Shown here in pieces: positions 19,139 through 28,566 of a stretch of DNA of 64,000 nt. Source of the DNA: Clostridia bacterium (GTDB taxonomy: Bacteria; Bacillota; Clostridia; TANB77; UBA1234). The DNA is taken from the NCBI GenBank assembly GCA_017469545.1, contig JAFUGE010000008.1, positions 127,268 to 191,267 on the forward strand. The letters are read 5' to 3'. Within the stretch, counting starts at the first letter, position 1, and every line of letters starts with the position of its first letter. A program made the translations under genes and the position numbers. The notes beneath the pieces are model-generated. The model was not told the origin of the DNA and made no database searches. It saw nothing but the letters and a program-made list of their open reading frames with translations.

Positions 19139-19829
19139 TAAAAATCAACTTCCTTTCATCAGTGATATAACGATCACTGTAATTTATTGCATTTTCTTCT
19201 ATATATAAAGTGTGTCTTTTGTTATCTATATTGGTTATCTTTTGACTATTTACAATAAAGGATTTGCTGCATCTCACAAAATATCCTGGGAGACAACTTC
19301 TAATTTCTTCTACTGTACCATAAATTTGAAAGTCTGATGTAGTAGTATGCACAGTGGCTTTAGCGCCTTCTTTTTCAATATATGAAATATCACTTACTCT
19401 GAATAAACGTTTACTACTTCCAAGTTTTACAAACATGTTTTTGTTATCATAGATATCGTCGCATAATCTAAGTACGGTTTCTTCTAGTTTAGAGTAGGTA
19501 ATAGGTTTCATTAAAAAATCAAATGTTTTCACTTTATAGGCTAGCATCGAATATTCGAAGTGAGCAGTTAAGAATACGATGTATACATATTTGTCAACGG
19601 TTCTAATTTGCCTTGCTAAATCAATTCCTGTCACTTGATTTGACAAATCAATGTCTAAGAATATGACATCCACTTTATTACTGCTTAAATAATCAATAAG
19701 CTTGGTAGAGTTCGTTGCAGCAAAAGAGACTTCAGCATCAATATCATGATTCACAAAAATGGATTTTAATGTTGAAGTTATTTTATTTAGTGTAGTTTTA
19801 TTATCGTCACATAATACAAATCGCAACAT
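19119..19829 (-). CDS. LytTR-family response regulator (AgrA-like)
   Basis: 236 aa; receiver domain (VIFLDIDL aspartate pocket) plus C-terminal LytTR DNA-binding domain (RVSDISYIEKEGAKATVHT); overlaps the kinase gene by 20 nt. Confidence 0.75.
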   Translation of the reverse strand: MLRFVLCDDNKTTLNKITSTLKSIFVNHDIDAEVSFAATNSTKLIDYLSSNKVDVIFLDIDLSNQVTGIDLARQIRTVDKYVYIVFLTAHFEYSMLAYKVKTFDFLMKPITYSKLEETVLRLCDDIYDNKNMFVKLGSSKRLFRVSDISYIEKEGAKATVHTTTSDFQIYGTVEEIRSCLPGYFVRCSKSFIVNSQKITNIDNKRHTLYIEENAINYSDRYITDERKLIFNEGITY

Positions 19830-20003
19830 AGTAATTTCAGCCTATTTCATATATACACAAAACCGAGTTTATCATATAACGCATTACGAATTATGTCAAG
19901 AATAAAAAACGTAAAAATGTCGATAAATATAAAAAATAATTTTATATAATTATAACAAATCGTTGAAATTAAGCTATTTTTAAGCAATGACAAGAATGGA
20001 TAC

Positions 20004-20038
20004 TTGTCGAATTTTGTCGACGAGTTTTTGTTGACGAA
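20004..20038. promoter_or_regulatory. three imperfect direct repeats TTGTCGAA / TTGTCGAC / TTGTTGAC in the regulator-upstream region
   Basis: Repeats start at 20004, 20014 and 20030; a direct-repeat arrangement is expected for LytTR regulator binding sites; purely sequence-pattern based. Confidence 0.25.
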
Positions 20039-20247
20039 CGTAGATTTTTTATTTATATTGTATATGAAGTAACGCGCTTTTCTCTATATGGTGCGTTAAA
20101 ATTGGTAAAATATGGTTTTTAAAAGCTATATTGATACTTATTTTTCTTTTTTGTAGCATCCGCTACAAAAATTTTCCAAACAAGAAATAAAAAAAGAAAG
20201 GAGGAAAAACGATACGTTTACGCAATTTCTGTATGGCGCTGTTGACC

Positions 20248-20303
20248 CTGTAGGGGCGGCGTATTACGCCGCCCGATGCACGCTGCCCGATGTACGCCAC
20301 CCG
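20248..20303. repeat. REP-like element with two extra degenerate right half-sites
   Basis: CTGTAGGGGCGGCGTATTACGCCGCCCG followed by ATGCACGCTGCCCG and ATGTACGCCACCCG. Confidence 0.75.
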
Positions 20304-20377
20304 CAAAACAATAAGCAAAATTCACAAATGACAAAAAGATATAAAAAGACTAGCAAATTTGAAAGGAATGATGTATA

Positions 20378-21247
20378 ATGAATTTAGAACAAGCAAAAGA
20401 AGAACTAACGCCTAAAAGTGATATTATCTTTAAAAGACTGTTCGGTAGAGCTGAAAAAGCGAAAAAATAATAGAGTTTTTAGAAGCAATTTTAAACCTCA
20501 AGATCAAATCTATCAAATTAGAAAAAGAAACGCAAATACTGCCTGAAAACATAGACGAAAAGGCTCGGTATACTTGATATCAGGGCAACACTTGACGATA
20601 GCACTCTTATCGATATTGAAATGCAAAATATTAATCATGGAAATATAGAAAAAAGAGTGACATACTATCTTAGTCAACTCTATGCAAGTGATTTAAAAAG
20701 AGGGAAGTCATATAAAAAGCTCCATAAAGCAATTGCAATTGGAATTCTTAATTTTGACTATTTTAGTGATATCAAAGAGTATCACACCATTTGGAAAATG
20801 ACAGAGCAGCATAACAAGGATAAAACGTTGGAAGAGCAAGAAATACACTTTATTGAATTACCTAAATTTTTAAGAGGCAAAATAGATATGGAAAGAAAAC
20901 TGGATCAATGGCTAGCGTTCATTGATTATTCAAGGAGGGAGTTGGTAAAAATGGCTGAAGAAAAAAATAATATGATTAGAGAAACTGTGGCCGAATATGA
21001 ATACCTAACTGGCGATGCCGCTATACAGAGGCTTGCTTTTTTAAGAAGAAAAGGCGAATTGGACTACAATAGTGGAATGGAATATGCGAAAGATAAAGGA
21101 AAAGAAGAAGGAATTGCGATTGGCGAAAAACGCGGTGAGAAGAAAAAGCAAATTGAAATTGCCAAAAGAATGAAATCGAAGGGTATCGACTTGGAAAGTA
21201 TTGCAGAAATTACAGATTTGACGAGAGAAGAAGTTGAAAAGCTATAG
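20378..21247 (+). pseudogene. Rpn-family (YhgA-like, PD-(D/E)XK) recombination-promoting nuclease/putative transposase, disrupted
   Basis: N-terminal segment MNLEQAKEELTPKSDIIFKRLFGRAEKAKK runs into TAA TAG stops at about 20469. Rpn-like sequence continues out of frame (LDIRATLDDSTLIDIEMQ) and an intact C-terminal 208-aa ORF (20621-21247) carries the Rpn C-terminal helical region. Several frameshifts/nonsense codons are visible. Confidence 0.7.
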
Positions 21248-21250
21248 TCT

Positions 21251-21284
21251 AAAAAAGGATGCCAATTTTTGTGGCATCCTTTTT
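21251..21284. terminator. bidirectional terminator
   Basis: AAAAAA-GGATGCCA-atttttg-TGGCATCC-TTTTT between convergent genes. Confidence 0.75.
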
Positions 21285-21287
21285 AGT

Positions 21288-22733
21288 TTATGTATTATGG
21301 TAGATTCTTGCAAGGTGTACTCCAGAACAGGAGGCCATCATTAATCCTCTTGTTAGGCCACCGCCATCGCCGATGGAGTATAAGTTTTTAATACTTGTTT
21401 CAAAGTTGTTATCTATAACTACTTGATTACTATAAAACTTGATTTCAGGCGAGTATAGCAAGTTGTCTGGATGGGCAAAGCCTGGAACGACTTTGTCAAG
21501 CATTTTGATAAATTCTATAATGTTTGTCATTGTTCGATAGCCAAGCGCATAGGTAATATCGCCTGCAACTGCTGCTTTTAAAGTAGGGACAACGCTATTT
21601 TCTTGTAACTCTTTTTCCCAAGTTCTTTTTCCCTTTAGAATATCGCCAAATCTTTGGACTAAGATATTGCCGTTCCCAAGCTGATTTGAGTTTTCTGCAA
21701 CATTTCTTCCATACTTAATTGGCTCGTGGAATGGATAACTAAATTTGTGAGAGCATAGAAGCGCCAAGTTTGTATTGGTACTTTTTCTGTCTTTATAGGA
21801 ATGGCCGTTTGCAAGGGTAATGTTTTTGTCATAAACCTCCGAAGAAACAAAACCGCTAGGATTTTGGCAGAATGTTCTTACTTTGTCATAGTATGGGGCA
21901 GGGCGGGCAATAAATTTTGCTTCATACATATATTTGTTAATATCGGCCATAAACTTGTCTGGTAGTTCGTAGCGAACACCAATATCAACAATTCCCGCGC
22001 GACTATCAATGTTATGGCGAGCACACATATCCGAAAGCCATTTGGCGCCTTTCCTGCCAACGCCTATCACTACTGTATCTGCGTAAATTTTTTCAAATTG
22101 TGTGTATTCGTCGTCTTCAACATATTTTGAAGGTTTTGTTTTCACGCCTTTTACAACATTATTTGTGACGATCAAATCGGCAACAACCGTATTAAACTGA
22201 ATTTCCACTCCGTTATCGATTAAGTGCTTTTCTAGTTTTGCGTAAAGTTCGTGCGCTTTTTCTGTGCCTAAGTGTCTGATAGGGACGTCGTATAAAGTGA
22301 TATTTTCTTTTTTCGCCTTATCTTTGATTTTTTTAACTTCTTCTTTATATTCCAAACCTTCTATTTTTTTATCGGCGCCAAAATCTAAATAAATTTGGTC
22401 TGTGTAATCAATTAGTTTTTTCGTTGCCTCTATTCCTAAATATTCATGCAAATTTCCACCAACGTGAATTTCTGTGTCTTCTTCATTGTATAGACTAAGC
22501 TTTCCGTCAGAGAATGCGCCAGCGCCAGAAAAACCATTTGTGATATGGCACAAAGGCTTACATTTAATGCATTTCCCTGTTTTTTCAATCGGACAAAATC
22601 TTTCTTCTACTTTTTTTCCTTGTTCAATCATTAGAATTTTTTTCTTGCTGCCAAGCTTGATTAATTCATAGGCCATAAAAATTCCACTAGGGCCGGCACC
22701 AATAATGATTAAATCATACTTTCGCTCATCCAT
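21288..22733 (-). CDS. FAD-dependent oxidoreductase (COG2509-type NAD(P)/FAD-binding protein)
   Basis: 481 aa; N-terminal dinucleotide-binding motif DLIIIGAGPSGIFMAYEL; ATG preceded by AAGGAG. Confidence 0.7.
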   Translation of the reverse strand: MDERKYDLIIIGAGPSGIFMAYELIKLGSKKKILMIEQGKKVEERFCPIEKTGKCIKCKPLCHITNGFSGAGAFSDGKLSLYNEEDTEIHVGGNLHEYLGIEATKKLIDYTDQIYLDFGADKKIEGLEYKEEVKKIKDKAKKENITLYDVPIRHLGTEKAHELYAKLEKHLIDNGVEIQFNTVVADLIVTNNVVKGVKTKPSKYVEDDEYTQFEKIYADTVVIGVGRKGAKWLSDMCARHNIDSRAGIVDIGVRYELPDKFMADINKYMYEAKFIARPAPYYDKVRTFCQNPSGFVSSEVYDKNITLANGHSYKDRKSTNTNLALLCSHKFSYPFHEPIKYGRNVAENSNQLGNGNILVQRFGDILKGKRTWEKELQENSVVPTLKAAVAGDITYALGYRTMTNIIEFIKMLDKVVPGFAHPDNLLYSPEIKFYSNQVVIDNNFETSIKNLYSIGDGGGLTRGLMMASCSGVHLARIYHNT

Positions 22734-22808
22734 AACATCAACTCCTTATGGCAACATTATATCTGTTTACTTGAGAGATAACAAGAGAAATTTATTTATC
22801 CAAGGGGG

Positions 22809-22872
22809 CTATCCAAGGGGGACGGAGGAAAATGGATAAATTTTTATCCATTTTCCTCCGTCCCCCTTGGAT
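22809..22872. repeat. perfect 64-bp palindrome (31-bp arms, 2-nt loop) in the divergent promoter region
   Basis: TATCCAAGGGGGACGGAGGAAAATGGATAAA-tt-TTTATCCATTTTCCTCCGTCCCCCTTGGATA; preceded by a direct repeat of TATCCAAGGGGG; abuts an extended -10 (TGATATAAT, 22877-22885) for mutY. Confidence 0.9.
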
Positions 22873-22920
22873 ATTGTGATATAATTGATAAAAGGCGATA
22901 TGAGGAAGGAGTTTAGCAAA

Positions 22921-23949
22921 ATGCAAGAGATTGTAGAACCACTTTTGCAGTGGTATCAGATAAATAGAAGAGCACTTCCGTGGAGAGAAGACACGAATCC
23001 ATATCATGTATGGATTTCTGAAATTATGTTGCAGCAAACAAGAATTGAGGCAGTGAAGGAATATTATGTGCGTTTTATGAAAGAACTTCCCAACGTAGAA
23101 AGTTTAGCGAATGTTTCAGAAGAAAAATTACTCAAATTATGGGAAGGATTAGGCTATTATAGCCGTGCGCGCAATCTGAAAAAAGCGGCAGAAATCATTA
23201 TGGAAAAGTACAATGGAAAGATGCCTACTTGTTATGCAGAGCTAATACAATTACCTGGAATAGGGGAATACACGGCAGGGGCGATTGCCTCTATTTGTTA
23301 TCAAGAAAAAGTAACGGCAGTGGATGGAAATGTACTTCGCGTTATCTCAAGAGTAATAGGAAGTAAGAAAGATGTTTTACTTCCAGAAACAAAGAAAGAA
23401 ATCGAAGGGAAACTAAAAAAAGTAATGCCAAAGCAATCCGGAAATTTCAATGAAGCGTTGATGGAGTTAGGGGAAATAGTATGTCTGCCAAATGGGGCAC
23501 CAGACTGCGAAAATTGCCCGCTTGAAAATTGCTGTGTTGCATTCCAGAAAAATTTAACAGACGAGATTCCAGTTAGAGTAAAAAAAGTCAAAAGAAAGCA
23601 GGAAGAAAAAACAGTTTTCATTTTGGTTACACACGATCATAAAATTGCACTGGAAAAAAGAGAAGGAAAAGGATTACTATCAGGTATGTATCAATTTCCA
23701 AACGTAGAAGGGTTTTGTCAGGAAGGGGCAATCAAAGAGTTGCTTTTGAAGTGGAGTTTAGAGGCAAAAGAAGTTCGTTTTTTGAAAGAGGCAAAACATG
23801 TTTTTACGCATATTGACTGGTTTATGAAAGGATATTTAGTAAGAGTAGAAAAAGAAAATAAAGATTTTTTGTGGATTTCTCCGGAAGAGCTTGAAAAAGA
23901 ATATCCACTTCCGACAGCATTTCAAAAATTTAAGAACTTTGTAAAATAA
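22921..23949 (+). CDS. mutY: A/G-specific adenine DNA glycosylase
   Basis: HhH-GPD N-terminal domain (LQQTRIEAVKEYY, LPGIGEYTAGAI), 4Fe-4S cysteines CLPNGAPDCENCPLENCC, and a C-terminal NUDIX-like domain; ATG at 22921 has AGGAAGGAG RBS. Confidence 0.85.
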   Translation: MQEIVEPLLQWYQINRRALPWREDTNPYHVWISEIMLQQTRIEAVKEYYVRFMKELPNVESLANVSEEKLLKLWEGLGYYSRARNLKKAAEIIMEKYNGKMPTCYAELIQLPGIGEYTAGAIASICYQEKVTAVDGNVLRVISRVIGSKKDVLLPETKKEIEGKLKKVMPKQSGNFNEALMELGEIVCLPNGAPDCENCPLENCCVAFQKNLTDEIPVRVKKVKRKQEEKTVFILVTHDHKIALEKREGKGLLSGMYQFPNVEGFCQEGAIKELLLKWSLEAKEVRFLKEAKHVFTHIDWFMKGYLVRVEKENKDFLWISPEELEKEYPLPTAFQKFKNFVK

Positions 23950-23954
23950 CAATG

Positions 23955-23987
23955 AAGCTGCTACCGTTTGGTTAGCAGCTTATTTTG
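23955..23987 (+). terminator. rho-independent terminator after mutY
   Basis: AAGCTGCTA-ccgtttggt-TAGCAGCTT hairpin followed by ATTTTG. Confidence 0.6.
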
Positions 23988-24003
23988 CTATATCATAGGA
24001 AAG

Positions 24004-24465
24004 TTATCCTTTTACAATCTTGCCGCAAGCAATTTTTGTGCCGGAATTGCCGCTAGGCTGTGTTTTAAAGTCGTCTGGCATATCGTGAATGATTATTACT
24101 TTGCCGAGGATATCTTTGAGTTTGAATTTGTTCACTAAAACGCTCATATAGGCATAGCCGTTGTTTTCCAAAAGTGGTGGCAAGTCGCCGGCATGGAATG
24201 GATGGGGGCAGTTTGTTGGGTTATAGTGCGTTTTCGCATTTGCAAATTCGTCCTCTGGATTTCCTGTGCAAGAAGTACCCTCATGTATATGAAAACCGAA
24301 AAATCTGCCTTTGCAGTGGTCTTTTGCTTGTGGCAGTCCTTTAATTTTAGCTGTTACCATTACACCGTCTTTCACTTCTTTAAAAGTTACCGTTCCGTTA
24401 ATTCTTGGATAATCTTTTCCACCTCTTATATGTGCGGTAGCTTCATTAAAAATATTCAAAAACAT
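24004..24465 (-). CDS. sodC: Cu,Zn superoxide dismutase family protein
   Basis: GFHIHEGTSCTGNPEDEFANAKTHYNP...HAGDLPPL...GNSGTKIACGKI match Cu/Zn-SOD metal-binding His cluster and C-terminal G(N)xGxRxACG motif; no signal peptide apparent. Confidence 0.75.
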   Translation of the reverse strand: MFLNIFNEATAHIRGGKDYPRINGTVTFKEVKDGVMVTAKIKGLPQAKDHCKGRFFGFHIHEGTSCTGNPEDEFANAKTHYNPTNCPHPFHAGDLPPLLENNGYAYMSVLVNKFKLKDILGKVIIIHDMPDDFKTQPSGNSGTKIACGKIVKG

Positions 24466-24590
24466 AAATCAACACTCCTTATACCATATTATATGTGGAA
24501 AATGTGGAAAACGGCACGAAAATAGCGAAATTTGATGGATATTGGATATTTTCAAAAGCAGTTTTCTGTGATATAATGTCATGAAAGGAC

Positions 24591-24664
24591 GGGCGGCGTT
24601 TTTGCGCCGCACCCTACATACAAAATGCAAAATAAATTGTAGGGGCAGCGTAGCACGCTGCCCG
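24591..24664. repeat. REP-like inverted doublet (GGGCGGCGTTTTTGCGCCGCACCCTACA ... TGTAGGGGCAGCGTAGCACGCTGCCCG)
   Basis: Two family members with their GTAG ends facing inward, upstream of uvrB. Confidence 0.85.
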
Positions 24665-24678
24665 CAAAGGAGAAATTG

Positions 24679-26637
24679 ATGTTTAAGCTACATTCAAAAT
24701 TTGAGCCGACTGGTGACCAGCCACAGGCGATTGAAAGTTTAGTGAATGGAATAAAAAGTGGAGATAAGTATCAGACATTGCTTGGTGTTACTGGCTCGGG
24801 TAAGACTTTTACGATGGCGAATATTATTCAGCAGGTGCAAAAGCCGACGCTTATCTTGGCTCATAATAAAACGTTAGCAGGCCAGCTATATAGCGAGTTT
24901 AAGGAATTTTTTCCAGAAAATTCGGTTGAGTATTTTGTATCGTACTACGATTATTACCAGCCGGAAGCGTATGTGCCGCAGACGGATACGTATATTGAGA
25001 AAGATTCGGCAGTGAATGAAGAGATTGATAAGTTACGCCATTCTGCAACGGCGGCGCTATTTGAGAGAAAAGATGTTATTATTGTGGCGAGTGTTTCTTG
25101 TATTTATGGCTTGGGAGACCCGGAGGATTATAGTGGCCTTACGATTTCGCTAAGGCCTGGAATGGAAGTGAAGCGAGACGATTTGCTTCGAAAGTTAATT
25201 GATAGACAGTATGATAGAAATGAGATGGAGTTTAAGAGAGGCAAGTTTCGCGTAAAGGGCGATATTGTGGATATTTATCCGTCGAATGAGTCGGAAAAGG
25301 CGATTCGTGTGGAGTTCTTTGGCGACGAGATTGAGAAGATAGCAGAAATCAATCCACTTACGGGGCACAAAATTGCGACGAGAAATCACGTTTTGATTTT
25401 CCCGAATTCGCATTATGCAACGTCAAAAGCAAAAATGGAAAGGGCTATTGGCACGATTGAGGTGGAGCTGGAACAGCGTATTGAGGAGTTTAAGCAGCAG
25501 AATAAATTATTGGAAGCGCAAAGAATTGAACAGAGGACGAATTTTGATATTGAAATGATGCGTGAAACTGGCTTTTGCCAAGGAATTGAGAATTATTCAA
25601 GGCATATTAGCGGACGCGCCCCAGGAAGTGCGCCTTATACCTTAATGGATTATTTTCCAAAGGATTTCTTGCTGATTATCGACGAGTCGCACGTTACGAT
25701 TCCGCAAGTGAGGGCAATGTATAATGGCGATAGAGCGAGAAAAGAAACACTTGTGGATTATGGATTTCGTTTGCCGTCTGCATTTGATAATAGGCCATTA
25801 AAATTTGAAGAGTGGGAAGATAGAATTAATCAAGTAGTGTTTGTGAGTGCCACGCCTGCCGATTATGAAGAGAAGCATACGCAAAATGTGGTAGAGCAAA
25901 TCATTAGACCAACAGGACTTTTAGACCCGAAAATTGAAGTAAAGCCGCTGGAAAATCAAGTAGACGATTTGATAGCAGAAATTGGAAAGACTGTGGAAAA
26001 GGGCGAAAGAGTGCTTGTTACGACGCTGACTAAAAAGATGGCGGAAGATTTGACGGCATATTTGAAAGAACTGAATATTAAAGTGACATATATGCATTCG
26101 GATGTGGACACACTAGATAGGCTTAAAATTTTGAAAGAGTTAAGGCAAGGCGAGTATGATGTTTTGGTTGGTATTAATCTTTTGAGAGAGGGCCTTGACT
26201 TGCCGGAAGTGTCGCTGGTTGCGATTTTGGATGCGGACAAGGAAGGTTTCCTACGTTCGGAGCGCTCACTGATTCAGACGATTGGACGTGCTGCGAGAAA
26301 TGTAAATGGCAGGGTAATTATGTATGCGGACGAGCTAACGGATTCCATGCATAAGGCGATTTCAGAGACAAATCGTAGAAGAAAAATTCAGATGGAATAC
26401 AACGAGGAACATGGCATTATTCCACAGACGATTAAGAAAGATATTCGTGAAGAGATTAAGGCTAGCATTGTGGAAGAGACAAAAGAAGAGTACCACGTAG
26501 AGAATGTGGAGAATAAGAGTGTGAAAGAAATTATTGACGAACTTACGACGCAGATGTTAGAATATGCACAAAAGATGGAATTTGAGAAGGCTGCAGAAAT
26601 ACGTGACAAAATTAAAGAATGGGAAAAATTACTGTAG
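24679..26637 (+). CDS. uvrB: excinuclease ABC subunit B
   Basis: [25 protein letters not shown]...GVTGSGKTF Walker A, helicase motifs, C-terminal UVR domain; the stop TAG at 26635-26637 is the TAG of the downstream REP GTAG. Confidence 0.9.
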   Translation: MFKLHSKFEPTGDQPQAIESLVNGIKSGDKYQTLLGVTGSGKTFTMANIIQQVQKPTLILAHNKTLAGQLYSEFKEFFPENSVEYFVSYYDYYQPEAYVPQTDTYIEKDSAVNEEIDKLRHSATAALFERKDVIIVASVSCIYGLGDPEDYSGLTISLRPGMEVKRDDLLRKLIDRQYDRNEMEFKRGKFRVKGDIVDIYPSNESEKAIRVEFFGDEIEKIAEINPLTGHKIATRNHVLIFPNSHYATSKAKMERAIGTIEVELEQRIEEFKQQNKLLEAQRIEQRTNFDIEMMRETGFCQGIENYSRHISGRAPGSAPYTLMDYFPKDFLLIIDESHVTIPQVRAMYNGDRARKETLVDYGFRLPSAFDNRPLKFEEWEDRINQVVFVSATPADYEEKHTQNVVEQIIRPTGLLDPKIEVKPLENQVDDLIAEIGKTVEKGERVLVTTLTKKMAEDLTAYLKELNIKVTYMHSDVDTLDRLKILKELRQGEYDVLVGINLLREGLDLPEVSLVAILDADKEGFLRSERSLIQTIGRAARNVNGRVIMYADELTDSMHKAISETNRRRKIQMEYNEEHGIIPQTIKKDIREEIKASIVEETKEEYHVENVENKSVKEIIDELTTQMLEYAQKMEFEKAAEIRDKIKEWEKLL

Positions 26638-26659
26638 GGGCAGCGTAGCACGCTGCCCG
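26633..26659. repeat. REP-like palindromic element overlapping the uvrB stop codon
   Basis: TGTAGGGGCAGCGTAGCACGCTGCCCG. Confidence 0.85.
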
Positions 26660-26676
26660 TCAAAAGAGAGGTGATT

Positions 26677-27717
26677 ATGATGGGATATATGGAGGAGAGA
26701 AGTGAAGAGTTACTTAGCTTGCAAAATGTATATAATGCGAGTCCTAGTGAAATTGCAATTGGCTTAATAGAGGTTCCAGAGGTGTTACGATTAAACAGTA
26801 TTAGTCAAACGTCTGGCGTTTCTCTTAGCAAATTTGGCCTATGCAATTATAAGTATACAAAGCTAGATCATAGTGTTGGCATTGCTTTGATACTTGATAA
26901 GTTTGTAAAGGACAATAGAGAAATCATTACTGGATTTTTGCATCATATTGCATCGCCAGCTTTTCCAGAGGCCGTAAAGCTTATGCGCCAAGAGATAGAA
27001 AAGCTTAGCAATTACGATCAAGTGGTTGGCTCTGACGGGCTATTTGAGTTTGTTTTGAACAACAAAATTTCTATTAATGATGTGTGTGACGCTTCCATTT
27101 ATCCACTGATTACCAATGCCAATCCTAAATTATCTGTGGTGACTTTGGAAAGATTGTTGCATACAGCATACTACGAAAAATTGTGCAGCATAGACGAGAT
27201 TAAGGAATTATATGACGATATTGTGATTGTGCCAAATGAAGAAAGCCAGCCGGAGTTTGCGTTTGAAACACCTAAAAATGGAGTTCGTTTTTCCAAGATT
27301 AGTATGGAGATAGGAAAGAAGTTTAGGTCGTATGAAGCAAAGATAACATTGCAGATTATTGCGGATTTGCTGGATATGATGTTAAGAAGAGGAGAGCTTT
27401 CTAGTAGCGATTTGTATCAATTTGGGGATAGAGCGATTCAAGAGATTGGTGTTAGTAGTAGTGATAAGCAGATTTCAGATGGATGGAAAGAGCTTTTGAA
27501 ACTGGATAAAGTGTATACAAGATTTACTGAAATTCAGGGAGAGTATTGTAAAAAGATTATTACGGAAAATGGATATGTTGATCCACTGGTAAGAATAAGG
27601 GGCGGATATATGAGAGCCTCTAAGTATGACCCGATACTTGCAAGAGAGATTGAGGCGTATATGAATTCGGATACGGACTTGTATGCGTATACTTTAAATC
27701 TAGAATATTTAAAATAA
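26677..27717 (+). CDS. hypothetical protein (346 aa)
   Basis: Long ORF with no family recognised by eye; weak resemblance of DHSVGIALIL...GFLHHIASPAF to HD-type metal-binding helices, not asserted. Confidence 0.45.
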   Translation: MMGYMEERSEELLSLQNVYNASPSEIAIGLIEVPEVLRLNSISQTSGVSLSKFGLCNYKYTKLDHSVGIALILDKFVKDNREIITGFLHHIASPAFPEAVKLMRQEIEKLSNYDQVVGSDGLFEFVLNNKISINDVCDASIYPLITNANPKLSVVTLERLLHTAYYEKLCSIDEIKELYDDIVIVPNEESQPEFAFETPKNGVRFSKISMEIGKKFRSYEAKITLQIIADLLDMMLRRGELSSSDLYQFGDRAIQEIGVSSSDKQISDGWKELLKLDKVYTRFTEIQGEYCKKIITENGYVDPLVRIRGGYMRASKYDPILAREIEAYMNSDTDLYAYTLNLEYLK

Positions 27718-27730
27718 ATATTATTTTTTC

Positions 27731-27766
27731 TGTCGAAATGTTTCCACGTTTCGGCAGTTTTTTTAT
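27731..27766 (+). terminator. putative terminator
   Basis: TGTCGAAA...TTTCGGCA imperfect hairpin followed by GTTTTTTTATTTTT. Confidence 0.5.
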
Positions 27767-27820
27767 TTTTAAAATTATATAATTCTATGTATAAAATTTT
27801 AAGAAGGAGGGAATACTATT

Positions 27821-28141
27821 ATGATATGCGAATATACGAAAGACAATCGAGAACTCACGATTAAGTTTTCGGGAGAGATTGACCATCATACCTGCGATGT
27901 GATTAAGGTCAAATCTGATTATGAGATTCAAAAGTATATGCCTAAAAAAGTTGTGTTTGATTTTAAAGATGTTAAGTTTATGGATAGTTCGGGAATTGGA
28001 ATGTTAATAGGGAGGTATAAACAAATTTTGAGAATTGGTGGACAAGCTGAAATGGTTCATACTTCTAAAGATATTAAGAGGATTTTCGAGATGTCGGGTA
28101 TCTTTAAAATCATTCCATTAAGAGAGGAGGCTAGTTTATGA
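27821..28141 (+). CDS. spoIIAA: anti-sigma F factor antagonist (STAS domain)
   Basis: 106 aa with phosphorylatable serine motif [12 protein letters not shown]; first gene of the spoIIAA-spoIIAB-sigF operon; RBS AAGGAGG. Confidence 0.85.
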   Translation: MICEYTKDNRELTIKFSGEIDHHTCDVIKVKSDYEIQKYMPKKVVFDFKDVKFMDSSGIGMLIGRYKQILRIGGQAEMVHTSKDIKRIFEMSGIFKIIPLREEASL

Positions 28142-28566
28142 GTGATAATGAAATGAAATTAGAAATAAAAAGTAAGTCTAGCAATGAGGCCTTTGCAAGA
28201 GTAGTTGTGGCAGCTTTTGCTTCGCAACTAGATCCAACGATTGAGGAGCTTGCTGATATTAAAACTGCAGTTTCGGAAGCGGTTACGAATTGTATTATTC
28301 ACGGTTATGACGGGAAAGAAGGAACGATACATATTCATTGCAGATTGGAGGGAAGAGAGCTTGAAATTGAAATCATTGACTACGGCAAGGGGATTGAAAA
28401 CATAGAGATTGCGAAGCAACCTCTATATACTTCTAAGCCGGATTTAGATCGTAGTGGTATGGGATTTACTATCATGGAGAGTTTTATGGACGAAATGAAA
28501 GTAGAGTCTATCGTTGGAGTTGGAACGAAAATAAAAATGAGAAAGGAAATTGGGGAGGCTGTATGA
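28138..28566 (+). CDS. spoIIAB: anti-sigma F factor (serine protein kinase, GHKL)
   Basis: 142 aa; N-box [11 protein letters not shown] and G-box GMGFTIM; ATGA overlap with spoIIAA. Confidence 0.85.
   Translation: MSDNEMKLEIKSKSSNEAFARVVVAAFASQLDPTIEELADIKTAVSEAVTNCIIHGYDGKEGTIHIHCRLEGRELEIEIIDYGKGIENIEIAKQPLYTSKPDLDRSGMGFTIMESFMDEMKVESIVGVGTKIKMRKEIGEAV

Noticed and set aside
22826-22873. 15-codon ORF MDKFLSIFLRPPWIL with perfect RBS inside the 64-bp palindrome
   Set aside because: Both strands encode it by symmetry, so it is most likely a by-product of the palindrome; kept only as a remark in the palindrome finding
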